Source: a virus
Lineage: Duplodnaviria > Caudoviricetes
IMG/VR virus record: IMGVR_UViG_3300035696_000029
Coordinates: 1 to 64,000 of that record
Reading direction: 5' to 3' (one strand)
Length of the DNA stretch: 64,000 nucleotides
Each line of letters starts with the position of its first letter. Positions within the stretch are counted from its first letter, which is position 1. The translations under genes and the position numbers were made by a program. The notes under the pieces were generated by a model, which was not told where the DNA came from, ran no database searches, and was given only the letters and a program-made list of their open reading frames with translations. Shown here in pieces: positions 56,128 through 64,000 of the stretch.

Positions 56128-56159
56128 GTATACTACGAGGGGTGTAGATGAAACGGGTA
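56128..56159 (-). promoter_or_regulatory. phage promoter motif
   Basis: TACCCGTTT-N13-CGTAGTATAC. Confidence 0.75.
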
Positions 56160-56169
56160 AGCAGGTACA

Positions 56170-56679
56170 CTATAGCCCTTTTATGGAAGTGGTTGGTTTC
56201 TGATGTACTTGCCAAACTCGACTCACACGACTACGGCGTCGAGGCGACTTAGACAGGAAAACAGGAACCTTAGTATGACTGTCGCAAAAACGACGACCAT
56301 AGAGTGCTACATAGTGACCCGTAACATTTACAATTACAGCATGCTCGGCGAATTCCTTTTGATGTTTACGGGCATATTGAGCCAGAGTAGGCTTGCTATC
56401 CGACGTGTAGTAACCATAAACTGTGTACTGTCCAATTTTGCGGCTTTGATGAATGTACTCTTTGTAATAGGTGTGAATGGTGTATAGTCGATAGCCTAAT
56501 GCGTCGGCAACTCGTTCCATAAGCCAATTGGACATACCAGAAATTTGTTCCCGGCCACTGAGTTGTTTAGCTACCTCTATAATCTTTGAAACAGGAACTC
56601 CTGTGGTAGCCGATAATGCAGCCGGACCGCACCAGAGTGTGGATTTGATATCATTCTTCACAGGCAAAAGCTTGTCCAT
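56170..56679 (-). CDS. papain-like (C39-like) cysteine peptidase-fold protein (169 aa)
   Basis: WCGPAAL...GHYVAL...CD gives Cys-His-Asp order; start at ATG 56679 behind GAGGAG. Confidence 0.6.
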   Translation of the reverse strand: MDKLLPVKNDIKSTLWCGPAALSATTGVPVSKIIEVAKQLSGREQISGMSNWLMERVADALGYRLYTIHTYYKEYIHQSRKIGQYTVYGYYTSDSKPTLAQYARKHQKEFAEHAVIVNVTGHYVALYGRRFCDSHTKVPVFLSKSPRRRSRVSRVWQVHQKPTTSIKGL

Positions 56680-56693
56680 GAATTTGATTCTCC

Positions 56694-56936
56694 TCAAATG
56701 TTGCGACAGACTATTTGAAATGACACAGAATAGGAAGGCCGATACTCTGCATCTTCTACCGAACTGCTCAACTGAACACCTGTTTCTTTTTGAAAATGTT
56801 CTGCAAATTTTGCCAAACGAGACGCTCGTTCTTCGTCTGTTGTTCCTTGCCAATCGCCCAGGCCGCATCCAATTGCATACAGCTTGCACAATTTATCTAA
56901 AAGATGCATCTCTTTGTCAGATAGAGATTCGCTCAC
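56694..56936 (-). CDS. hypothetical protein (80 aa)
   Basis: GAGGAGG RBS; first gene after promoter motif. Confidence 0.7.
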   Translation of the reverse strand: MSESLSDKEMHLLDKLCKLYAIGCGLGDWQGTTDEERASRLAKFAEHFQKETGVQLSSSVEDAEYRPSYSVSFQIVCRNI

Positions 56937-56954
56937 GCTAAATTTCCTCCTCTC

Positions 56955-56986
56955 TTATACTACGGAAGACATTGATAAAACGGGTA
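56955..56986 (-). promoter_or_regulatory. phage promoter motif
   Basis: TACCCGTTT-N13-CGTAGTATAA. Confidence 0.75.
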
Positions 56987-56994
56987 GTTAGGTG

Positions 56995-57036
56995 TAAAAC
57001 AAAACGGATCTGCACTGGTTAAATGCAGACCCGTTT
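56995..57036 (-). terminator. intrinsic terminator after the 1136-aa gene
   Basis: Stem AAACGG.TCTGCA / TGCAGA.CCGTTT with 9-nt loop, T-rich tail on - strand. Confidence 0.75.
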
Positions 57037-57050
57037 AGTGGGAAAATGAT

Positions 57051-60000
57051 TTATGCAGCAGTTGGAGGTTCAGTACCTTGCGCCACAGGAATAGTAGCCT
57101 TGGTTGGCATCTTGGGCTTACCGCTTTCATCGCGGTCGTTTACCCAACCTTGACCACCGGGGCCAGCATTGGCTTCCTTGGGTTCTTCTTCGACTTCTGT
57201 TTCGTCGACCTTGGGTTCTTCTTCGACTTCTGTTTCGTCGACCTTGGGTTCTTCCTTTTCAACTTCAGGAATATTACCTTCTAATTCTTCTTTGCCTTCA
57301 TCAATGAAAGCTTCTTCCGCTGGAGTTGTAGTCAATTCAATGCCCATATTCTCAGCAAAAGCTTCTAGACCAGCAGCAACGTCATCCAAATTGTGGAATA
57401 GATCATTCACTGCTTCGGCCAATAGCTCGGGATTCTCTGTTGCGATTTGACGGAACTTTGGTCCTAGAGCACGACGTGCAGCAATACGAGTCTTCAAGGA
57501 AGCTGTCCGAGGAGCGTCGACCAAATCCAGATTCTCACGGAAAGCATTTATACGATCAGCCATTTCACCAAAGGCTTGCGTTAATTGATCAAGAGCTTCG
57601 GCTGCTTCAGGAGCTTGCTTCTCAGCAACAAAACGTAGCCGCGCAAACTTTGTGCTCGATGCCTTGCGAGCCTTGATTTTCTCCACTATAGATGCACGCT
57701 TGCTCGCGACGGTGTCTGGGGTCTTTGCTTCTGACATAACTTCCTCCTGTTGAGTGGGTTCCGTAGCGGCGGGAGCTTCCGTGGTAGCGGGAGCAGCCTC
57801 AGCAGGAACCTTGAATCGAACTTCAAACCATGAATCTTTTGGCCATGGATGATAGTTGTCATCAGATCTTGTAATTATAGCATTAGGAACAAGCTTCTTT
57901 ATGGCAGCCGCTAATCTTTCAGCTGTCATACCATGACGATAAAAATACCCACGTTTTACAATATACTCTTGATATTTACCCGACCAACCGATGCTATCAG
58001 CAAGAGCAGCATCTTCAAGCTTTTTGATAATCTCACGGTTCGCACCAGCGAGATGTAATGAAGCACTCTTTAAACTTTGAATGTGCAAACGCTGAAATGG
58101 CAAATCAGGCGGAACAGTCTTCTTCATTGAAAAATCCTCTTTTCCAGAACTAGGTACGTTTTCCTCTCCCGTACCGGGTATAATAGGACCTACTCCCTTT
58201 TCTGGTTCGTTTTCTTCGGCTTGATCTGAAGGCACTCCACGATTGTTAACATTTATTTGAGGATTCTGTTGATCCTGCAAACCTTGTGTACCGCCCAAAC
58301 CTGGTGTAGCAGCTTCTTGCTCAAACCCGCGTTCCTTATCGGAAGTTGGAGTATTTTCATGTGGAAGCCGTCCTGTGTCATTCTCGGAAGTTTGTGGACG
58401 AATGCCGTCATAGAATTCATGACCTATTCCAGCAGTTTTCTGATCTGAACTGACATGGCTAGGAGAGTCGCTATAAGAGCAACCTCGTGCGTGACCTTCT
58501 TCACAAGCAGAACAGATTGATTGACCGCATTCAGGACAATTAAATTGAGGCGCATTACAGCAAGATGAATTAGGGAGCGAAGCAGTTTTCTTTTCTTTCA
58601 TTTCAGGATCGCATTTTTCACAGTAACCTGTGGGACCAACCATAGTTTCTTTACCACATTTAACACACTTACCTGTATGACGGCGGTCCCAAATAGCAAC
58701 TTTGTTCAATAATTCAGCTTCCATACGACATTGAATAACAGAAGCAAATTTAGATGCTTCTTTCCCATAAAATTCTTCAGCAATTACATCTGCATTGCAA
58801 CAATTCGATCCGCCGTATGAATATTCACCTTCAGTCACTGTACGGCCACAATTGCTGCATACTGCGCCAGGATGTTTCTTCATTTCTTCTTCATGTGTGC
58901 CAGGTTTTGCAGTTGTTATTGCTTTTTTCTTTACAGGATGAAACTTAACATCTGATTTAGCTTTACTTACTGCGCCAGTTCCACCACAATGATGACAGTT
59001 TGCAGCTTCTTCATCAGACCAATCTTCGCAAACAGGGCAGGGATATTCATCTTTAGCTTGCTTTTCTATAGGTTCGGTTGGTTGTTGAATATTTTTGTCA
59101 ACAGTGTCGGGAGATACAACTTCAGCTTTAGCTTGAGAAATATCTTCACTGATATCATCAGCTGTTTTGGAAAGTTGCTTCTCTAATTCTTTAATCTTAC
59201 GTTCTGCTTTTTCTCGTTGACTAGGACGCTTGGCTGTATCACGTTCTTTCTTCCAAGAATCCAATTGACGCTGAATATCTTCATTTGCAATTTTAGAAAT
59301 TGCCAAATTTTTTCCCTCATCCGTTTTAGCTACTTTTAATGAAGATGCTTTTGCTGGCGCAGCTTTAGCCGGGGTTGCAGCGTCGGGCAGGTTATCTACA
59401 ACAGCCGCTAGTGGGCTGCCCTCAAGCTTATCTGCATTTTCTTCTACATATTGCTTCACGAGCGGAGCAAATTTCTGATAGTAGGACTTCATTGAGTCAA
59501 AACCAAGACCTTTAGGATGCTTATCATCTTTAGTCTGTTTTGCCCAATCGGGATAGATGTCTGAAATTTTAGGAATCGAATGATCGTTTACAATCCAATC
59601 CACAATAATATCCCAAATCTTCAAGAAATTTTGAGCAGTCTCAGAACGCTGACTCTTATCTAGCCACTCAGCAAATCCTCTACGAAATGCCTCCATATCG
59701 GCTTTAAATTCGGCTAGTTCCTGACCAGTTGGAGCTACAGCATGTTCTTCTGTATCAAGAACATTGTACTCTTCATGCTCTTTATCTCCTACGTTCGGGC
59801 CACCTTCTGCAGGTTGATACATAGGATCTGTTAAGGGATCTTGCATCTTATCGATGAATTGATTAGCTTCCTGTTTGCGACCCAAGAAAGTAGACAGCAA
59901 GAATTGTGTGACTTGTTTTTCTAAAGGCAATTGTTGCACAGCAGGAGGGAATCGTTTGATTGCTTCAGCAAAGCCGCCCTTACCTTTATTGGGATCTAAG

Positions 60001-60461
60001 ACGCGACGATCACCTAGATTAGTGATAATAATTTGATGAATGGCTTCGTCTTTGATTTCGTCGTCACCCTTCAAACTAGGATAGAATTTCTTCTGGAACC
60101 ACTTTGCCCAGTTCCAACTTTCATCCACAGGAAGACCTGCTGCCCGGATGTAGGATTTGACATATTCATCCCAATCCTCATTGTAAGCCAACACGTTGCG
60201 TAACCATGCGGCTATCTTTGCAGCATAGCGATTCACGGGATAAAAGTTAGCGGGAGTCTGAACGGGCTTCCCCTGAAGATCTGCCAACTTAAAGACATAT
60301 CCGTCAGGATCGACGACCTTGGCCCGAACACGGAATTGTGTACCGTCAACATTGGTAACAATGGATCCGGTCTCGAGCAAGTGAGCAACCCGGCTGAGAT
60401 CCGCTGTATGCTTTTGAGGCTCTGTTTTTACAGTGCCCAAAAGTGAGGCGGTCAACTTCAT
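57051..60461 (-). CDS. large modular protein (1136 aa), second putative KxA polyprotein
   Basis: KTA x3, KVA x2, KIA x2, KQA, KEA, KRA boundaries; four Cys-rich modules; AAGGAG RBS. Confidence 0.7.
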   Translation of the reverse strand: MKLTASLLGTVKTEPQKHTADLSRVAHLLETGSIVTNVDGTQFRVRAKVVDPDGYVFKLADLQGKPVQTPANFYPVNRYAAKIAAWLRNVLAYNEDWDEYVKSYIRAAGLPVDESWNWAKWFQKKFYPSLKGDDEIKDEAIHQIIITNLGDRRVLDPNKGKGGFAEAIKRFPPAVQQLPLEKQVTQFLLSTFLGRKQEANQFIDKMQDPLTDPMYQPAEGGPNVGDKEHEEYNVLDTEEHAVAPTGQELAEFKADMEAFRRGFAEWLDKSQRSETAQNFLKIWDIIVDWIVNDHSIPKISDIYPDWAKQTKDDKHPKGLGFDSMKSYYQKFAPLVKQYVEENADKLEGSPLAAVVDNLPDAATPAKAAPAKASSLKVAKTDEGKNLAISKIANEDIQRQLDSWKKERDTAKRPSQREKAERKIKELEKQLSKTADDISEDISQAKAEVVSPDTVDKNIQQPTEPIEKQAKDEYPCPVCEDWSDEEAANCHHCGGTGAVSKAKSDVKFHPVKKKAITTAKPGTHEEEMKKHPGAVCSNCGRTVTEGEYSYGGSNCCNADVIAEEFYGKEASKFASVIQCRMEAELLNKVAIWDRRHTGKCVKCGKETMVGPTGYCEKCDPEMKEKKTASLPNSSCCNAPQFNCPECGQSICSACEEGHARGCSYSDSPSHVSSDQKTAGIGHEFYDGIRPQTSENDTGRLPHENTPTSDKERGFEQEAATPGLGGTQGLQDQQNPQINVNNRGVPSDQAEENEPEKGVGPIIPGTGEENVPSSGKEDFSMKKTVPPDLPFQRLHIQSLKSASLHLAGANREIIKKLEDAALADSIGWSGKYQEYIVKRGYFYRHGMTAERLAAAIKKLVPNAIITRSDDNYHPWPKDSWFEVRFKVPAEAAPATTEAPAATEPTQQEEVMSEAKTPDTVASKRASIVEKIKARKASSTKFARLRFVAEKQAPEAAEALDQLTQAFGEMADRINAFRENLDLVDAPRTASLKTRIAARRALGPKFRQIATENPELLAEAVNDLFHNLDDVAAGLEAFAENMGIELTTTPAEEAFIDEGKEELEGNIPEVEKEEPKVDETEVEEEPKVDETEVEEEPKEANAGPGGQGWVNDRDESGKPKMPTKATIPVAQGTEPPTAA
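57176..57254. repeat. 33-bp in-frame tandem repeat, 2.4 copies
   Basis: Exact copies encoding PKVDETEVEEE. Confidence 0.9.
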
Positions 60462-60470
60462 AGTTACTCC

Positions 60471-60713
60471 TTAGTCGAGCACTTCGTCGTTCGGGTTCCA
60501 ATCTTGCTTCTTGTCATCCTTGAGTACATTTTCAAGTAAATCGATATACTCAGAATGATCTTTGAAGGCTTGCGCATCTGCCGGAGTGGGTCCTTCGGTC
60601 TTTGTATCGACCTCTCCTGCAACTTTAGCAGTCATACGCTTTACTTCCGATGCATACAGTTCGTTCATCGAACCAGCATCTACTGATGCAATTTTCTTTC
60701 CCTCATTGGCCAT
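60471..60713 (-). CDS. small acidic protein (80 aa) with KIA and KVA motifs
   Basis: AGGAG RBS. Confidence 0.65.
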   Translation of the reverse strand: MANEGKKIASVDAGSMNELYASEVKRMTAKVAGEVDTKTEGPTPADAQAFKDHSEYIDLLENVLKDDKKQDWNPNDEVLD

Positions 60714-60808
60714 GATGGTAAGCTCCTAAATGAACACAGAAAAACCGTGCTCTATGAAATAGCTACATAGTTGGGATTTTGGTATTTCACCGGGTAATTC
60801 CTACTCTC

Positions 60809-62758
60809 TTAAGTGATTGTCAAAATTGTTTGCGCTTTCAAAGGCACAGCACTGACAATAATCGGATTGAACAGAGCATCGTAAGCTCCAATTGTAAGCG
60901 TGGTGGTTGATGTAAAACCGCTAGGTACAACATAGACTCCATTTCCTACTGTGCTCAAGAATCCCGAATTCAATCCACCTAAAGAATCATTCAAGATTAA
61001 ATCAACCGGAGAAACATAAGTGCCGTTGTTTAGACCTACATTGGCCTGAATTTCATATGCTGCAAAGTATTGACTGCTCTGTCCACTCACTCCTCCAATT
61101 GTGACATTCAGGGAACCTCCAGGGATTCCTTGCGTAATGAAGATGTCAAGTTGCGGCTCAGTAGGACCAGCTGTAACGTGCACAATATGCTGATAGATGT
61201 TAAATTGAGTATCACTAACAGAGACAGATGGACTTCCAACTGTTGGTGCAATTAAAACTGCTACCAAAAGTGTATTTCCTGGCGCGGTTGGAGCTAATCC
61301 AAAAGGACCACCACCAGAACCTCCTGATTGTTGCACGATAGTAACAGAGTTCCCAGTCAATCTAAAAGTGAAAAGAGAAGCAGCCCAATCGGCGCTTATG
61401 CTTCCTGTTGCAGAACCAGAAATAGGAGTTACTGAATTCAAAATCTTATAGTAGGCTGCTCCAATACCTCCGCCTGGAGGTTGATTTCCAAAATGAGACC
61501 AACCAACATCTGGTGTAAAGAAATCTCCATAGGCAGAAACCATAAAAAATAGCGCGACTTCAGGACTGACAGCAGGTGTTAGAAGCGGAGTAGTTACTGC
61601 TGTGCCTGTGCCTGTTGAAGGTTCTTCTGTATCGAAAGTTGTAATTCCATTTATCATTTCGGCATCAAAAGCCGTGGTTCCTGTTACTTCGGTTAAATGC
61701 CAAAAAGAAGTAGGACTATCAGCAGCAACCGCTGTTTCGTAAGCAGCTTGACCAGTGTTAATGAAAGCATTGTAATGAGTAGTAATCTGCAACGCGGTTA
61801 AAACAACTGTATCCCAGACAGAAACATGAGAAATAAAAGAATGCATATAGGAAGAAATTGCAGGCCAGCCACCACCAACTGCACCAGGACCATTTGCAAT
61901 TCGCCACCAGCCATTTTGGGAACCTACATTAGAAGTCACAGGTGTGGAAAGTATAAGTGCCCCATCGATATAAATATCCAGGTAAGCACCATTTACTGTT
62001 ACAGCACAATGATGCAACGATCCATCATTATAAGCGAGAGGAGTTAGAGTAGAAAGTTGATTGCTAACGCCATTGTAGAATCCGGCTCCAATCTTACCTG
62101 CCGTGTTCATGAAAACACCAAACAGGAGTGAGGCATCTGGCGGAAGTTGATTTGGACATGCAGTTACAAAAAATCCGCCAGCAGTAGTTGTTGTTTGAAA
62201 CCAGAACTCTGCGCTAACATTAGGATTGTAATTCCATGTAAAATAGTTGGCCGTATGGGTATAACCAGTACTTCCACCAAATTCCACTCCAATTAATCCG
62301 GGTGAAGTGATCTTTACATTTTGTACATTTACACTAGCCCATAAAAGATCGACCGATGTATCATGAACTGCCGGATTAGGAACAGCTGCAAGACTAATGG
62401 CAGGAGTTATACTTTGATCTCCCGAAGACGAATAAGTTCCCATTAAAGCCAATCCCGGTATAGTAGCTGGACTTCCTGCGGAATCTTTAAAAGGAGGATT
62501 CGGCATGTGGCAAGCAACTTGAATCACACCCTGAAGATCAAATTGATCCTGTATGTACATTAGGTAACGATTACCATTTGTATCAAAAGACCAAGTCTTA
62601 ACCGGGGTAAGCACGCCGTCGATGTAAATCTCTAAATCTCTAATAGGATTGAACGCGCCCAATGGACCAGCTGAAGAAAAAGGACCAGTAAAGGGACCAC
62701 AATTGAGCACAATTCGATTCGGAAAGGGACCGTTAGTTTGTATGCTGATAACCGACAT
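60809..62758 (-). CDS. virion protein with LamG/concanavalin-A-like domain (649 aa)
   Basis: SAEFWFQTT...YNDGSLHHCAVT...LDIYIDG...ISHVSVW...LTALQI; PTSFWHLTE. Confidence 0.75.
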   Translation of the reverse strand: MSVISIQTNGPFPNRIVLNCGPFTGPFSSAGPLGAFNPIRDLEIYIDGVLTPVKTWSFDTNGNRYLMYIQDQFDLQGVIQVACHMPNPPFKDSAGSPATIPGLALMGTYSSSGDQSITPAISLAAVPNPAVHDTSVDLLWASVNVQNVKITSPGLIGVEFGGSTGYTHTANYFTWNYNPNVSAEFWFQTTTTAGGFFVTACPNQLPPDASLLFGVFMNTAGKIGAGFYNGVSNQLSTLTPLAYNDGSLHHCAVTVNGAYLDIYIDGALILSTPVTSNVGSQNGWWRIANGPGAVGGGWPAISSYMHSFISHVSVWDTVVLTALQITTHYNAFINTGQAAYETAVAADSPTSFWHLTEVTGTTAFDAEMINGITTFDTEEPSTGTGTAVTTPLLTPAVSPEVALFFMVSAYGDFFTPDVGWSHFGNQPPGGGIGAAYYKILNSVTPISGSATGSISADWAASLFTFRLTGNSVTIVQQSGGSGGGPFGLAPTAPGNTLLVAVLIAPTVGSPSVSVSDTQFNIYQHIVHVTAGPTEPQLDIFITQGIPGGSLNVTIGGVSGQSSQYFAAYEIQANVGLNNGTYVSPVDLILNDSLGGLNSGFLSTVGNGVYVVPSGFTSTTTLTIGAYDALFNPIIVSAVPLKAQTILTIT

Positions 62759-63735
62759 TACTTTTCCTCATACTTACGGTATTTATTCAGTTCTTCTTCC
62801 ATCAGATCTTCAAATGCCTTTTCTTCCTCTGGTGTTCGCTTTTGATATTCCAACGGAGGCGGCATCTTTTCCGGTTTGCGCCACTTCTGCATTCTCTCAC
62901 GGATTTTATCCATGAGTTTCTTGCGCCAATCAAGTGGTCGTTGTATCCAAGCTGGCAACTTAGCAGGTGCCTTTTGTTCTTCTAAGGTTGCAGGTTGCTC
63001 GCGCTCTACCTCATGAGGTTCGGATTTTTGAGCTTCCTCTTCGAGATCCTTAAGATGCTGTAAATTCTCTTCTTCCTTCTTACTCAATTCATCAAGCATC
63101 CTCTTCTGAGTTTTCTCGTCTCTAATTGTACGAATCTTATCGACTAACTTCTTCCGCTTATCCAAATCTTGATCCTGATGCTTCTGCTCTTCTTGTTGTT
63201 TCAACAATTCCTTGTTACGCTGTACTCGTACCTTGCGCAAAATGTTAGAAATGTTGTGCTGAACTGAAGGCAGAATACGATCCATTACAGCTTTACAATG
63301 CTTACAGATAACAAAATGAGTACGAAGATCTAATCGCTCGGTAGGAGCCGTTAGCAAAGGACGAGGTTCCCCTTCTAACCCATCCCGTTGATGCAGGTTC
63401 CACTGTGCTCCCCAATACAAAAATGCAGGACAGGAACACGATACCCGTACATCTAAGTCTTGTGCACGAGTAGTCTCTTGAATCTTGCTAACATCAAAAT
63501 GTACACGAACATCGTGTCCTGCTGGATCACTATCGGGCAAATTACAAGTAACTTTATATCGTAGATAAAGATCAGGAGGATTACTATCTTGTAAAACTGG
63601 AACGCAACCGGGTCGATTTTTAACAGAGAAAGCATTAGTCTGTTGAACTAGTTCGGGAAGGGAAATGGCAACCTTATGAGTCTTGGGGTTCAGCAATTGA
63701 CCAAGTTTGACTTTGATGTACACCCGTTCGTCCAT
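62758..63735 (-). CDS. SWIM zinc-finger protein with charged helical tail
   Basis: VSCSCPAF...ICKH. Confidence 0.75.
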   Translation of the reverse strand: MDERVYIKVKLGQLLNPKTHKVAISLPELVQQTNAFSVKNRPGCVPVLQDSNPPDLYLRYKVTCNLPDSDPAGHDVRVHFDVSKIQETTRAQDLDVRVSCSCPAFLYWGAQWNLHQRDGLEGEPRPLLTAPTERLDLRTHFVICKHCKAVMDRILPSVQHNISNILRKVRVQRNKELLKQQEEQKHQDQDLDKRKKLVDKIRTIRDEKTQKRMLDELSKKEEENLQHLKDLEEEAQKSEPHEVEREQPATLEEQKAPAKLPAWIQRPLDWRKKLMDKIRERMQKWRKPEKMPPPLEYQKRTPEEEKAFEDLMEEELNKYRKYEEK

Positions 63736-63769
63736 TTGAGAAACCTACCCTCAAATTGGTAACGGGTAG

Positions 63770-63982
63770 TTAAATTGTTGGTTCTGAGGTTACTGGAGTC
63801 GGGGTTGTTTCTTCTTCTGTAATGACTGTTTTGGGCTTTTTTGTTGATCTATTGGATTTGCTAGGGGCAGAAGTTTCGTTTGCCGTAGCAGGAGCTGGAG
63901 GAGCAGGAACCACCACAGGGGATTTGGCAGGAGTCTGATTTGTAGTCTCTTCGAAAATACCAGCTTTTACCATTCCAGCCAT
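63770..63982 (-). CDS. P/T-rich low-complexity ORF, possibly extending beyond the window edge
   Basis: Frame stays open to position 64000. Confidence 0.4.
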   Translation of the reverse strand: MAGMVKAGIFEETTNQTPAKSPVVVPAPPAPATANETSAPSKSNRSTKKPKTVITEEETTPTPVTSEPTI

Positions 63983-64000
63983 ACTTAATGGTGTCTGATG

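Noticed and set aside
56680-56889. N-terminal 70 aa of the 239-aa ORF call
   Set aside because: Overlaps the RBS-supported 56694-56936 gene; a GAGGAG RBS supports the start at 56679.
1-64000. Stop-codon reassignment as in some huge phages
   Set aside because: Standard-code ORFs tile the window densely and end at TAA, TAG and TGA; conserved genes are uninterrupted.
1-64000. Numerous 60-160-aa ORFs antisense or out of frame within long genes (e.g. 1542-1955, 34880-35302, 45412-45897, 48639-49124)
   Set aside because: Shadow frames with no RBS or recognisable motifs.

Overview
A 64-kb internal segment of a large tailed dsDNA phage genome (jumbo-phage-like gene content, standard genetic code, densely coding). 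No rRNA, tRNA, CRISPR array, integrase or transposase was recognised. Layout: a + strand block (1-4727: a virion-type gene, then small early-type genes), a long - strand block (4724-51293), a + strand block (51349-54178) and a - strand block (54051-64000). Recognisable genes: terminase large subunit, portal, family A DNA polymerase, DnaX-like clamp loader, probable sliding clamp, a primase apparently split into separate TOPRIM and CHC2-zinc-finger genes, the C-terminal half of an SbcC/Rad50 ATPase, a NusG paralogue, RNA ligase, Nudix and MazG-like enzymes, three short radical SAM enzymes, a SET-domain methyltransferase, two sigma-like proteins, an HNH nuclease and several beta-rich virion proteins. 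Most notable: (1) three large proteins (2249, 1136, 617 aa) built as strings of short cassettes (many zinc ribbons, one DMP19-like DNA mimic) separated by a recurring K-[T/V/K/I/Q/N]-A motif, which looks like a protease-processed cargo polyprotein system; (2) a compact ~68-nt small-RNA gene with a near-consensus sigma70 promoter, a 5' hairpin, an exposed anti-Shine-Dalgarno linker and a 34-bp perfect palindrome; (3) a fixed-spacing promoter motif TACCCGTTT-N13-CGTAG at five intergenic sites; (4) the radical SAM triplet plus SET gene island; (5) two small genes each broken by a single extra base, one at a UUU_CGG +1 slip signature. All family assignments are by eye from motifs; no database search was run.
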